Shown here: one piece after another, positions 23,170 to 36,169 of the stretch
How the letters are laid out: the number at the start of each line of letters is the position of its first letter
How positions within the stretch are numbered: position 1 is the first letter of the stretch
Assembly: GCF_006345805.1 (NCBI RefSeq)
Contig: NC_043003.1
Span: forward strand, 82,460,001 to 82,524,000
DNA length: 64,000 nt
Direction: 5' to 3'
Source: Octopus sinensis
Lineage: Eukaryota
Translations under genes and position numbers: made by a program
The notes under the pieces: model-generated
What the model was told of the DNA's origin: nothing
The model's database searches: none
The model's input: the letters and a program-made list of their open reading frames with translations, nothing else

Positions 23170-24925
23170 CATGCAATAGTGTTTCTTCATCTTTGTCGAC
23201 GATGACCAAGGACGTCACATGAGAGATAAAAGACAGTTCGATGCGTGCTCGTAAAGCTCTACCGCGGGTCGGGCACTGGTGGTGTGCTAGGACTGAAGAC
23301 AAGGAGTGGGCTATGGATTTTCGCAGGTAGTGTTGTCTTTGTGCTCCCGTGATCCTATTCTGCTTGTATGTGGTACCCTTGCGAGCTCAGTTTTACCATG
23401 AAGGGCGGGCTTGTTCTTGCATTTCCCAAGGGTCCAGGTTAATATTAAAGCACTTCAGTGTGGCTTTGAGTGTATCCTCGAAGCCCTTTTTTTCTGATCA
23501 CCTTGCGTACGCTTTCCTTCCGCCAGTTCGTTGTGAAACAGTTTAATTTTTTGGAGGGGGGTCGTGCGTCAGTCATTTGAACGAGGTACCCGGCCCACCT
23601 GATCTACTCTCTCCTCAACATCTCGGCAGAAACCTCATTGTCTGGGACCTTGTCTTGCCAGGTGATTTTCAACAGCATTCTCAGACAGTTCATGTGGAAA
23701 TTGTTTGATGCAGCATTTATAAACTGTCCACTTCTCACAGACATACAGTAGTGTAGGGAGTACAACTGCTTGGTGCACCTTCTGGTTGGTGGCCAGGCTC
23801 AAGGCTGTGTTTTCCTAACAGCCATCCAAGTGCTGAGATACCCTTTGCGATGTGTGTGTTGGCTTCATTATCAATGTTCTCAGAACTGGAATGTGTGCTG
23901 CTGAGGTGCATGAACTTATTAACAACCTTCATGGTTTCCCTCTCCGACAGGGACAGTTGGTTTAACACGTTGCATTTGTTGGGCAGGTTGGTGCATAGGC
24001 TCTGTCTTTTGAGTACTGATCATAAGGCCAAAGTTGTTGCAGGCAGTGGGAAAACAGTTAATAGTCTGTTGCATCTGAGCCTCAGTGGCAGTGTTGAGTG
24101 TGCAATCATCTGCAATCAGGACATCATGCACTGACTCTTCTTTCACCCTGTTATTCGTCTGTAGTATTCGCAGGCTGAAGGGTCTGCCATCAGTCCTGAA
24201 TATGATCTTGGCTCTGGTTTCATCGATGTTGTGGAAAGCATTTGACATCATGGTCGAGAACATCATGCTAAACTGCATGGGTGCGAGTACACAGCCCTAC
24301 TTCACTCAGTGACTGCGAATGCGTCAGAAGAATCTCCACGGCCCAGCACCCAAGTGAGCATGCCATCATGAAACTGTTGCACCAATTTTTCTGGGCAGCC
24401 GAACTTTCCCATGATCTTCCAAAGCCTCTCACGACTGAAGGTGTCACAGACCTTGGTTAAGTCTATAAACGTCATGTATAAGATCCCTGTTCTATTCCTG
24501 ATATTTCTAAAGTTGACGTGTCGCAAAGATCATGTCTACTGCCCCACGGGCCTCTGTGAGGCCAAACTGGCTCCCTGGTTGATGCCCTCCTTCCATGTGT
24601 TGAGTGAGGCAGTTACGAAGGACTCTTGCAAGTATCTTATTAGCGATAGCAAAGAGAGAAATTCCCCAGTGGTTGTCAAAGGAATGCATGTTTCTCTTCC
24701 TCTTATAAAGATGGGCAATAGCAGCAGCCGTGCGTTCACGAGGAACAATCTCCTGTTACCACGTGGCCTGAAAGAGGTTGGCGAGATTTTGTGTCAAGAC
24801 TGGCCAACCCCTGCCTTCCATATTTCAACTGGAATGGAGTCAGAGCCTGGTAGCTCTCCACTTGAGGAAAGTTTAATTGCTTTCAGGAGCTACCGGCCCA
24901 CAGTCGACGCAATGGCGACACTGTA
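23170..24925 (-). mobile_element. Degenerate 5'-truncated RTE (BovB-like) LINE
   Basis: Frameshifted RT motifs: GISLFAIANKILARVL, QFGLTEARGAVDMIF, FIDLTKVCDTFSRERLWKIMGKFGCPEK, DVLIADDC, FGLMISTQKTE. RTE-like 3' end near 23170-23260. Confidence 0.85.
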
Positions 24926-25329
24926 ACAGAAGGCTTGGCTTGGCTTGGCTAAGATAAAAATTAAAACAAAAAAATTAAAACAAAAATTAAAACAACAAAA
25001 AAAAAATGGCATGAACCCTTTGCTGTTAAACGCTAGAAAGACAACACTTCAGAACCAACTTGGCTGAGCTTGGCTTGACCTGGCCTGGCATGTCTTGGCT
25101 TGGCTGCGTGTTATCTCTGAAGCTAAACGAGAGGAAAGGAAGAAATTCATTTAGAAATATAATTATTGAATTATACATAATAATGTGGTGACTTACATTT
25201 GGCCTTCAACTTTCTCTGTAAAAGATACGATAATCGTCGAACGTCTTCAGCTGTTGCTAAACTAACGGGCTCCTATCTCCAGGTAAAATCCAGTAAGGCG
25301 GCATAACATAGTATCTGATTTTTTATTTA

Positions 25330-26460
25330 ACATAAAGGTTAACACAGAGATGGGACAATACAATCGGGGAAACTAAAATAATGAATTATGAAGTTTGTAC
25401 AATGTGGTGTAATGCCCACCCGATCCCCGAAATCGAGCGGTTACATTTCGTCAATTTTTATTCGTCAACAATATTTTCCAAATAAAAAACATTTTACATA
25501 TTTTCAACATACATTTCAAAAATTTTACAAAGTTCAACATTTTTTTTTTCAGAATTTAAAGTTCTTTTTATCATTTCCAAATTAAAGTTTTCACAATGCC
25601 TTTTCTTTTATATATACTCCATTATCTCTACCAAATCTTGGTAACTTTCCATCGTTCGTGGCCATCTTGTAAGTTGGCATTTCATATGTTTTGACACGTT
25701 CTTGTCAGCTGCCTCGATGAACGCCTCGGCGTTGTTCTCGTGGACGAGTGCACCCGTTTCTTTCCATTCGGTGCCCATCCTGACCCATGTATATCCATCT
25801 GTTTCGCTTATTAAATCTTCCATCTCCTCACAGTGCCTGTGATGGATCAATGTTCCATAGTATTTGAATCTTCTGTTCGTACCTGCATTTTCTCTAGTTT
25901 TTCTCTTAGGACTTCTGTCTTTCTCTCTTTGTGCTTTCTCTTCTTTCTTTTTCCTTCTCTTGTCTTTTTGGCTCTTTGTCTGTCGTCTCTCTACCCTGTG
26001 CCTTATGTTCCTTTCCTGTTGTTTCTTTTCCTTTTTGTATACCCTCTTTTCCTTTCTCTTGGTCCTGTTCCTTCTCTTGGGCTTTTCCTGTTTTTTCTCT
26101 TTCCTTTAATGTAATTTCCTTTTCTTTCTCTTGCTTTTGGTTCTTTCTCTATTACTTCTCTACCCTGTGAATTTTGTTCCTTTTCTATTATTTTCTTCCC
26201 TTTGTTTTCATTTTCCTTCAGTGTGTTGTTACTTCCTTTCTCTTGTTGTTTCTCCGTTATTTCCTTTTCCTTGTTTTCGCTGTTCTTTCCTTCGTGTTCT
26301 TTTTCCTTCTCTTTTTTGTTTTCTTCCGTTGTCTCTCCACTTTGTGTCTCTTTTTGCTCCATTTCCCTCTCCGCTGTGAATTCATATAGTGGACATTCCT
26401 TTTTTATGTGACCTCTTGACCCGCAGAAGTAGCAATTCGGTTTTCTACCCTCCACAATTA
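25330..26460 (-). mobile_element. Retroelement-like fragment: gag/ORF1-like CCHC knuckle, K/E-rich linker, orphan C-terminal domain, 3' UTR with AATAAA
   Basis: CYFCGSRGHIKKEC (CX2CX4HX4C) in ORF 26003-26455, frameshifting into ORF 25608-25850. Cut at its 5' side by the SINE at 26460. Confidence 0.55.
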
Positions 26461-26790
26461 CACTAGTGCGTAACTGGTACTTAATTTATCGACCCCGAAA
26501 GGATGAAAGGCAAAGTCGATCTCGGCGGTATTTGAACGTAACGGCAGACGAAATACCTATTTCTTTATAACCCACAAGGGGCTAAACTTAGAGGGGACAA
26601 ACAAGGACAGACATAGGTATTAAGTCGATTACATCGACCCCAGTGCGGAACTAGTACTTAATTTATCGACCCCGAAAGGATGAAAGGCAAAGTCAACCTC
26701 GGCGGAATTTGAACTCACAACGTAACGGCAGACGAAATACCGCTAAGCATTTCGCCTGGCGTGCTAACGTCTCTGCCAAGTCATCGCCTT
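26460..26790 (-). mobile_element. SINE family A, full copy fused to a second partial copy
   Basis: The segment gcgtaactggtacttaatttatcgaccccgaaaggatgaaaggcaaagtc occurs twice; head at about 26790. Confidence 0.85.
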
Positions 26791-28445
26791 CTCTCTGGTA
26801 CAATATTGAAGCAATATGAATCAAACATCACCTCAAACACACACACAGACACACACACGCAATAAATATCAAGACATTTAACAATGAGCATTAAATATCA
26901 AACATAAAAATAAATCATTTTGTTCCCTTGTCAAACGTTGGACCTAACAACCTAAATGAGAAAACCGATATGACTGAAAAAATTTTAAAAGGACTTTTAT
27001 TTTTAGGTTGAGGTCAAACAGTCGAATCCATTCAACCATGTCGTCAGTCTTTAGCGACATCAACTACAAAGAGGACAGCATTAGCGGCTGTCTTCAAGAA
27101 ACCAAGTATGAAGAGGGTCATGTTTGTTGTTCTCGTTGTTTGCTGCTACTTGTTGTTGTTGTCACATTTTTTTTTCTCTTGACGCTGCTTTGCTTCAGAA
27201 GTTGGTCAATTCCCAATTGAGAATTTTAATCCCAGCTTCATCACTTTTATCCATTTATTTTTGTTCTTTATTTTTGCTTTGAAACGAAATCTAGCTTCAA
27301 GCATCTTATAGAGATAATTTTTTAGACACTATTTTCTGAAACTGGTAAAATTATGTGGGAGGTGCAAATTTTGATCTTGCACCACCTGAAAATTCCAAGG
27401 GGTGCAGATGCACCCGCTCCACCCCCTGTTCCCGGGCCCTTTTCTACACATACACTTGAGACTGCGCTGCTGGTACATATTCATATATCCTAAATTACAA
27501 CTACAAAATGTTCACGGTGACTCTACCACTACTTCAGAGGTCTAATATTTTCAGAGCTCTCACTCTCGTCAAGTCTACCGCTAAATAAATCATCTCACCT
27601 CATTTTGTTATACATATTCTGACCATCATAACAATGCAGCCCCTAAGTTTTATTTTAAGCATTCTTTCAATAGGATGCCTTAATCATGGATTTCCCTCTC
27701 TATCGATATTTTACTCTGCAACCACCAACTTGCAGAAGACTATGAACTGCATTCATCTAATCAGTATCAGATTACGAAAACCACAAGGGAAGTCAATTCC
27801 TCCAGAGTAAGTATTAAGAATTCGTAGTAATGTATTTTATTTGAAGAAGTTTGAAGTTTTGATAATTATGGATTTTGCGAAATACCTGTGTCAAAGAAAT
27901 CATAAAAATCTATTTTGCGTCCTTTCTGCTGTTCTTACGTAATATGAAATTTTAACTAAATTTATTCATTGAATATAAACCGAATTACTCTATGATAAAC
28001 TGTCGGCAATTATATTTATTCAGTTCGTAATTATTTTAAGGAGCACGATAAATTAACATTGCAATAATGATAATGATTCTGAGTAAGATGGTTCTGTTAA
28101 TATTAACCTGAGGCGCTAGATATAGAGCAGATGATTAAGTCTTGGAGTAATAATCTCAATTGTATGTGTATGAAACATAACTTTCTCAGTATTTATCTAA
28201 CTCTATTTTTCTATCTCTCTCTCTCCATCTCTCTCTCTCCATCTCTCGCTCTCTCTCAATCTCTCTCTCTCTATCTCTCTATCTCTCTCTGGCTGTCTCT
28301 CTGCACAAATATCCACAGAAGTACATATTCATATATATACATGCGGGCATGTGTGTATGTTGTGTGTGCATACAGACACACACATATATATTTTATATAT
28401 GTATGCATGTAAGTATGTACACACACACACACATATATATGTATC

Positions 28446-28511
<66 letters not shown>

Positions 28512-29555
28512 TCAAAGTAACATGTTCATCTTGGTACATTTCACTCGAGTCATAGAAATCCATTTATATTTAAGTTCTCTTCCATATTCAAGAGAATCAA
28601 TTAAATATTTCGACAGAGATGTTTAAATATTGAAGGGGAAGCGTATTGCTAAGTATATATTTTATATACTTGCAATTTATAGAATAACACAAACCTTTGA
28701 TATTACAGACTATCCATTTTGAAGGAAAGTTTAGCTGAAACAATTTAGCAAGCATTGAGGCAATAAACAAGAAAACCATCAAAACAACGTACTGGAATTA
28801 TCCAGATGGAATAAAGATATCATATGTTAAAACTGAATAAAGAATACAAACATAAAATGTGAAGTTTGAAATATTTAAAATTGAATAACAGTTGAATTGT
28901 TAGCATAATCTTTCAGTCATATGTAACCGATAAATTAATTTAGTTGAAGCTACTGAACAACAGGAATTAATTTTACTGAACTGTAAAATGAAAAAAACAA
29001 TGGCTAATGTAGAGTGTGACTAGGTAGAAAAATAAATTCGAAAGTGTTTAAACTTCCTTAGAATATCAGTTTAAAGTTTTATTAAGTTTTTCTGTTATAT
29101 AGAATATTTTATATTAAATATGTCGATGATTTATATAAGAAATAAATTCTGTGTTAAACTCATTAATGGTAGTCATGAATTATCCTTTGTCTTAAACGAA
29201 GTGATGCATCAAATGACCAATGATAGGCGACATTTCTGCTTCTTTAAAACATACGTAAACTCGATCTGAAACTATTCTATACACACCATCTATATCCGGG
29301 AAACCTATAAATGTAGCAATGCTAAAGAAGAAGAGGCTAAAACTAGTTTAGAATTTAAAAAGAAGTGAATAAAACAGAGAATGAATGAAATGAATTTCTT
29401 CAATATAACCAGTAGAAATTATTTACAGATTGCAAACATTCATATCTATAATAATTTGGTGCAAATCAATGGAAATGTTTCCTTCTATCATGGTGGCTAT
29501 TCTTTCTTTTTATATTACATAATATATATGATTAACTTTAACTGTATTTTGACAG

Positions 29556-29915
29556 ACTCACTGGAAGCGAACCGGACGGAACTGCTTCGCTGCATTGATT
29601 CAACAACATTGCATTCTGCTTTCTTTAACATAACGTTCAAAAATATTTAATCACCTATACATCTGAGTCAACCATGTGGAACGGAAGTCTTCAACTTGAA
29701 ATCATTGAATGATCAATGGTTGCTTTCTAACCTCACTTTAATATGTATTTTTGGTCTTGTTTTTCGACTTTTTCTATATATGACACGATATTTGGCCATT
29801 GATTCTGCAGTGATGGAGACTAACCAATGGCTCTTAACATTGGAAGGTGATAACGAAAAGAATAAAAATAAAGCAAAGATTATATTTGTAGATCTTTTGA
29901 GAAATGTTGTCAGTG
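29556..29915 (+). other. Candidate coding exon (phase 1-1, 360 nt) with one in-frame TAA
   Basis: Acceptor tattttgacag| and donor CAGTG|gtgagt. ORFs 29381-29650 and 29651-29923 are in the same frame. An alternative acceptor at 29810 would avoid the stop. Confidence 0.3.
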
Positions 29916-30988
29916 GTGAGTAGAACAGATATTCGACTTATCAGATATAGCAGAACCAATGATCTGTCGTAGTAAAGGGTTAACATTATTTTCCGAAAAT
30001 AATTTTATGGTTACAAATTTTATATATTCTGTGTGAATTCAAAGATTATAATAAATCTTTCCCATTCACTCAACTTATACATAGTAAGACACTGAATGGA
30101 ATTACTAAGAGATTCTAGTTTTCACATGATGCCACAATATAAAAACTACGTCCTATTCATGGAGTTACCAATAAGGTATATGGTAGCTGTGATAAGATTC
30201 ATAAAAGGAAAACATCTGTCAGTTTCAGCTTATCTCAAGATATGAACTAAGAGAAATCAAACAAAATGAAATGGTTAGCTGTCTATATTGGGTTGAGAGT
30301 AAAGCAACGTCTTCTATTTTCTAAAAGAACTAAATATCTTCAGCTCAGTAAATCTATAGTGGCCTCAAGCAGACGATTGCAAATCTTAATTGATCCGAGT
30401 GTGGAATAAATCAAGCCGTCTTTTTTGGACAAGGATATACATTTTTATCGGGAAACATTATGTTAAGAATTTATAAAAATTGTTGCATATTTATGCAATG
30501 TTATAGTAATAAAATAATATATAAAACTCCAACATATAATTTATGTTTTCTATGCTGTGCAAGTATACATCATTGTAAGAAACAAAGAATTCAGTTAACA
30601 ACTATTTTATACTAGCAGAAAGACAAACATAAAATGCATCAATACAACAATTTCAGCTGGATAACTGTATTGTGTTTCAATTATATTTGAATATAGGTAA
30701 ATGATGGCAAGTAAAATATAAATATTGCATTATAATATACAGACAGAATGAACTGTTTAGAAAAAGAAACTGGCTTTGTTTCACTTAGCTCATATGAATC
30801 AGCATACCCTGACGAACAATTTAACAAAATTCAAAACAGCGTTATAGTCACAAAGTGATCAATCGATCTGATATAAAGGAAAGCTAAGTCTCTATCAAAT
30901 TCCAACCCAGCATTTGTAAAAGGAAAGTCATTCTGGGTAATGGAGAATTGACGCTGTATACTAAAATAGATTTTTTTTTATCTTACAG

Positions 30989-31125
30989 GGTGTGCTACGA
31001 CGAATGGAGAAACATGTGTTGTTATTTCGAAGATAAATTACTCGAATTCTCTGAACTGCTTCATCAGCGATGTTTCTGGAGTTCCGAAGCGTTTCAGGTC
31101 TTTCAGAATCAGAAACCGACACTAG
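30989..31125 (+). other. Candidate terminal coding exon
   Basis: Strong acceptor (t)9atcttacag|. Phase-compatible with the 29915 donor, giving ...NVVSGCATTNGETCVVISKINYSNSLNCFISDVSGVPKRFRSFRIRNRH*. Confidence 0.3.
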
Positions 31126-32559
31126 GTTGACCTAACTGGCATGGATCATACCCAACTTACATCTGAGTAGTACAAGTGGCTTTCAGTGTGGCTTTGGTGA
31201 TTGAAGGATTGGGCGTCTTTTTTGTTACGCTGGTAATTAATTCCAAGTCCAGAGAGCGCTTTGCGATCTAGTCACCCAATTGACTCACCTTTCCAAAGTG
31301 ATCACACCATAAAATGAGGTAAAACTCTCTGAAATGGCTTCAGTGCTAATTCACTAGTGCCTGTTATTTGATAGCGTCAGAAACGTTTCTTTTGGTGCCA
31401 CCATTCTGGCACGTTGGAAGTATCCTACGACTGAACGTCTTATCAATGCAATCCGTACAAGTGCATTCTGCCTCATCAGTTACTGTGCCACATGTAACTT
31501 TCGAGGGGGACCACACTTTCAAACGATTCGGATTACATTGATAGCTACAACTACTTTAGTATTTCTGGAGTGTTTGTGTTGTGTTCCTCCTCTTGTTTGT
31601 GACACACCAAACTATTCCGAAGGGGGAGTATTGTAAGTTACTTAGTCTCATTAACTAGAATGATGACATCCACAAAACCTATGGAAGGGTGGCGTGTTAC
31701 TATATTCAGGCCTTGGAGCGACTAGGCAACCCAGATTTGTGAACTTTCGTGAGCGGTTATTATAGAGTTTCTGTAATCCAAGTCTCCCTACGTTCTTGAC
31801 TGTTATCAATTTTGGGATAACTGCTTCGGATAATTTGTAATTAAACGCTTTCATCACTATCCTCCGCTTCAGCGCAGAAAACCTTAATTTCAGTGGTCAT
31901 CTTTGCGTATGAGACAAGATTCACAAGTCATTCAATAATAATACACCTACTACCAGCGCCTATAGGTGACCGATGTCGCGCAGTTTTCACCTGGGGGGCT
32001 TGGAACGCTGTTGACTTAACAGCCATGTTCACAGAGGAAGTAAAAATTATACAAGTAAAATCTGTTTCTCTATCCTATCCACTCTAAAGTTTGCGAGTTG
32101 AGCGCTATATTTTATCCAATGGTCCAGACATAATACTCAGTGAAACTACTGAAGTTGCAGGGAACATGATGTCTTCGAAGAGACTGATCTAGAAGCTTAT
32201 GTGCATAGACCCGTATGAGCTCTCGTACGGGTGTATGCATGTGAATGCAGAGCATTGTTAAAGTCTAGCTGCCGTAACGATAACCTTTATTATCTTCAAG
32301 GTATTATTACATTTGTGGAACACAGACGTTGGAGGTGTTGGATTTATCAGGCTTTTCTTTTAGTCAAATCTCGCTTTTTTTTATTTTGGATAATGCGAAG
32401 AGAGTATTTGTATGACGAATGTATGCAATAGAGAAGGTGTTGGCGCTACATTTCATAGTTTCATAAAAAGAAAAGAAAATACAATATCTCATTCAACTTT
32501 TTTTAAATCAAAAGCGACGAGCTAGATAATGGCTGGGAAATAACTGTTTACTCAATTTA

Positions 32560-33130
32560 GCTCTCCTCACCTTCTGCCATTGATTAAAGACGGCTCCGAA
32601 ATCTAATGCATGCATTCTTTATTCTCTGCCTGGGTGTTGCAGATAGAGCAGTTAGTTCTCAACAGTGCCAAACACATAATAGTCCATGGGAATGCAATCG
32701 GAGAAATAAGGAGTCCAGAAATTGAGGCTGGTGAATTCATAGAAATTCTTGGGACAACACCTGCACATATTACGTTCCAGCAGCAAGCTTCTCCAGCCAG
32801 GATTTGGCCACAGTCTCCAGCAGCTTTGCATAGTCGTCTGAACTGAGCCTAAGGATTTTAAAGGGACTCCGGAGTGTTACCTTCTGTTGGCCACAGCTTC
32901 GTAGTCCCCTTTGCAGCCGAGCATGTAAAGTCTTACATACTTCACAGTGTTTACAGGGTTTTGAGTGGAAATCATGATCACACCTGACGCGATACATCAA
33001 GATACAAGTAAATGTTTCCCAATATTCTGATAGCTTCCAGTCTTCTATGTCCGCTAACTTGTTCTCAATTGTGCATTTAGTCTTCAAGCTCTCCACGATC
33101 GAACTGTTCCTGAAAGCACGAGACAAAATT
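32560..33130 (-). mobile_element. Tc1/mariner transposase remnant
   Basis: KLLETVAKSWLEKLAAGT followed, after a frameshift, by NFWTPYFSDCIPMDYYVFGTVE, a degenerate WPPNSPDCNPMDY motif. Confidence 0.75.
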
Positions 33131-33159
33131 CGTTAAAATTATCCCGAACGCCCTGTATG

Positions 33160-33161
<2 letters not shown>

Positions 33162-33236
<75 letters not shown>

Positions 33237-33294
33237 TATATATATTATATATATATATGTATATATATATGTATATATATATGTATATATATAA

Positions 33295-33370
<76 letters not shown>

Positions 33371-33469
33371 TATTATATATATATATGTATATATATATGT
33401 ATATATATATATGTATATATATATATATGTATATATATTTATATTATATATATTATATATATATATATC

Positions 33470-33527
<58 letters not shown>

Positions 33528-33531
33528 TATG

Positions 33532-33590
<59 letters not shown>

Positions 33591-33644
33591 TATATATGTA
33601 TATATATATGTATTATATATATATGTATATATATATATATATAT

Positions 33645-33676
<32 letters not shown>

Positions 33677-33715
33677 GTATGTATGTGTGTGTGTATGTGT
33701 GTGTGTGTGTGTGAG
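33162..33715. repeat. Long imperfect (TA)n microsatellite
   Basis: Direct inspection. Confidence 0.95.
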
Positions 33716-34035
33716 AGTATAAGCGGAACCAATATAAAAAAGTACATTACGCCGGATATATCGAAAACAATTCAAAATTCTTTAGGAATATATCAGTAGC
33801 CAGGACATGCAATTAAAATATATTTTTCATAAAAGAAGAGTGTATAATTGAGAATAAATCACAATTGTAACGGAGAGGGTTAGAAAAACACATGTCTAGA
33901 AATAGCAGTTAAAATCGCTATAAAGCCATTATAACCGCTCATATTATGTCACCTCAACAATTTAAGCTGTCGGCGAACAACGTGACATAAAAATACGAAA
34001 TTTAAATAAAAAATTCAAAATTTAAATAAAAAGGT

Positions 34036-34100
34036 TACTCCACTATTGCAATGTCGATGCTACCAACTAAAAGTGGATCCATTCTTCTCGTCAGGAGAAC
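34036..34100 (-). ncRNA. Hammerhead motif, degenerate copy
   Basis: gttctc-CTGACGA-gaag...catc-GACA-ttgcaa-TA-gtggag. Confidence 0.45.
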
Positions 34101-34823
34101 ATTCCTGTACATAGAAATGAACACGAAAAACACACCTTGGGGCTTAACAAGTGTCCCGACCGGCAAGAACCATGTGTCAGCGTCTATCTACACAATTCAA
34201 ATTCTGAATTCAAACCTCATGCATAGCGTTTATAAGATATCAGTTAAACGAGCCACGGTGAAAAACTGGATATGAGTGAAAAATAAAAAAAATAAAAAAG
34301 GAATGTAAAAATACATTATGCAGGATATATCGTAAATAATTGTAGAAGGATCCATTTTTGGTTCCTAACTTGGAAATTGCAATAGAAAACTAATCTTTCA
34401 TTTTTGTTTAAATTTTGAATTTTTATGTCATGTCGTTCGCCGACTGCTTTTATTGTTGAGATATAATACGGTTTAGCTGTTATTTCTAGACATGTATAAC
34501 AGTGATTCATTCACAATTGTACACACTTTTATGGAAAAAATCTTTTGATTGCATGTTCTGGCTACTGATATTTTCGTACATAATTTTGAATTGTTTACGA
34601 TACATTCTGCGTAATGTGTTTTTACGTTCATTCCCCTTTTATTATTTATTTTTTACTCATATCTAGGTTTTCACTGTGGCTCGTTTAGCTTCTTATAAAC
34701 TCTGTGCATGACGTTTAAATTCAGAATTTGAATTGTGTAGATAGACGCTGACATTATTCTTGCTGGTCAGGAAACGTGTTAAGCCCCAGGTATATTTCTG
34801 TGTTAATTTCTATGCAGAGGAAT

Positions 34824-34886
34824 GTTCTCCTGATGAGAAGAATGGATCCACTTTTTGTTCCTAACTTCGAAATCGAAATAGAGAAC
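34824..34886 (+). ncRNA. Type I hammerhead motif
   Basis: GTTCTC-CTGATGA-GAAG(long loop)CTTC-GAAA-tcgaaa-TA-GAGAAC: 6-bp stem I, 4-bp stem II base. Sister copies show stem III as palindromic ATTGCAAT. Confidence 0.7.
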
Positions 34887-35082
34887 TAACCATTTTTTGT
34901 GATTTAAATTTTGAATTTTATGTCATTTTGCTCGCCGACAGCTTTTATTGTTGAGATGATATAATATGAGTAGTTATAGTGGCTTCATAGCGGTTTTAGC
35001 TGCTATTTCTAGACATGTGAGGATTTTGCTGTTTCCGTTATGATTGAGATTTATTCACAATTGTACACACTTCTTTTATATA

Positions 35083-35594
35083 CTGTAAATCCTCGAGTAT
35101 AATCCGCATTTTTTCCCCAAAATTTAAAAGTCAAAATCCCTAGTGAGGACTACATACGAGGTTAAAAATGAAAATTATTCTCTAAGCAATGTCCGAGTCT
35201 CTATTCCCTGTCCAACAATGTTCATTCAGACGCATTTTGTGATTTTGGGCGCCAAAATACCTTGAGCTAAGCCAGAAAGCAATGAAGTCATAAAAGAATC
35301 ATCCATAACATGCAGTAAGCAACATTTATTAAACGTTATTACTGTTATTTCTTTATTTTCTGCAAACAAAATGCACAAAACAGCTACACGTTTGCATTAT
35401 GTTATATATACAATAATAATAAAGGACGTTACCATATACATTTTTACAAACCAAGGAAGTTATATAGACCTCCTTGACTCAAATTAGAGAAGGAGTGCAT
35501 ATTATACGCAAGGTTTAGGTTTTTCAGGGGTACAGCCCCCTAAAACTCCCCTGCGTATTATATTCAAGGGTGGACTATATTCGAGGATTTACGG
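35083..35594. mobile_element. pogo/Tc1-superfamily MITE (~510 bp)
   Basis: TIRs ctgtaaatcctcgagtataatcc / ggactatattcgaggatttacgg, with TA on both flanks. Confidence 0.85.
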
Positions 35595-36169
35595 TATATA
35601 ATTACAACAAAAAGTAAAATTGTAGTCATAGTGTTACCTAAAGTTTCGTATCCTTGTGGACAGCTCGTCAGACTCTATGCAAAAACAAAAGAAAAAAATT
35701 AAACTTTCTACGACATAGACGTGAGAAAACGCTCAGATATCGAGATTTAATGGTTAACCTATAAAAGTGCAAATGAGGACGGGTTGTCTCCTCTGGACCA
35801 GAGAATGAAAATGTTTATAGAGCTGAAATCGACTAAGCAGCAAACGGGGCGATGCAATTTTCCATAAGGTGACGCTTCAATTGGGCACATTTATAGAAAA
35901 CTTCTTTACTACTATTCAAAGCGCAAAGTTTTGCATAGTCCTTAAGAATTTTAGACTTTGCAACAATCTCTCCCATTAATATATGGGCATGGATGACCTA
36001 TTATTTTCTACCTGATATCACATGGAGTCCCGTGAAGATATACAAAAAATAAGAAATTCTAACTTCTTCACGGATATGATTAAAAACTAATACATGATAG
36101 ACACTTACACTAGGCTTTGAAATGATTCTATTACAGAAAAATACAGACACACTTCCCCACATACTTATA

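Larger units (their letters stand above)
33831..35077. repeat. Inverted repeat of a ~500-bp HHR-bearing unit with a third, partial copy in the spacer
   Basis: 33831-34340 is the diverged reverse complement of about 34585-35077. 34345-34535 is a direct partial copy of the right arm's distal half. Confidence 0.9.

Noticed and set aside
27007-27806. Splice-bounded open segments at 27007-27104 and 27736-27806
   Set aside because: Not phase-compatible with each other or with the 29.5-kb candidate, and no recognisable protein; such signals arise by chance.
31040-31075. CTGATGA...GAAA on the minus strand
   Set aside because: No convincing stem II or stem I pairing.
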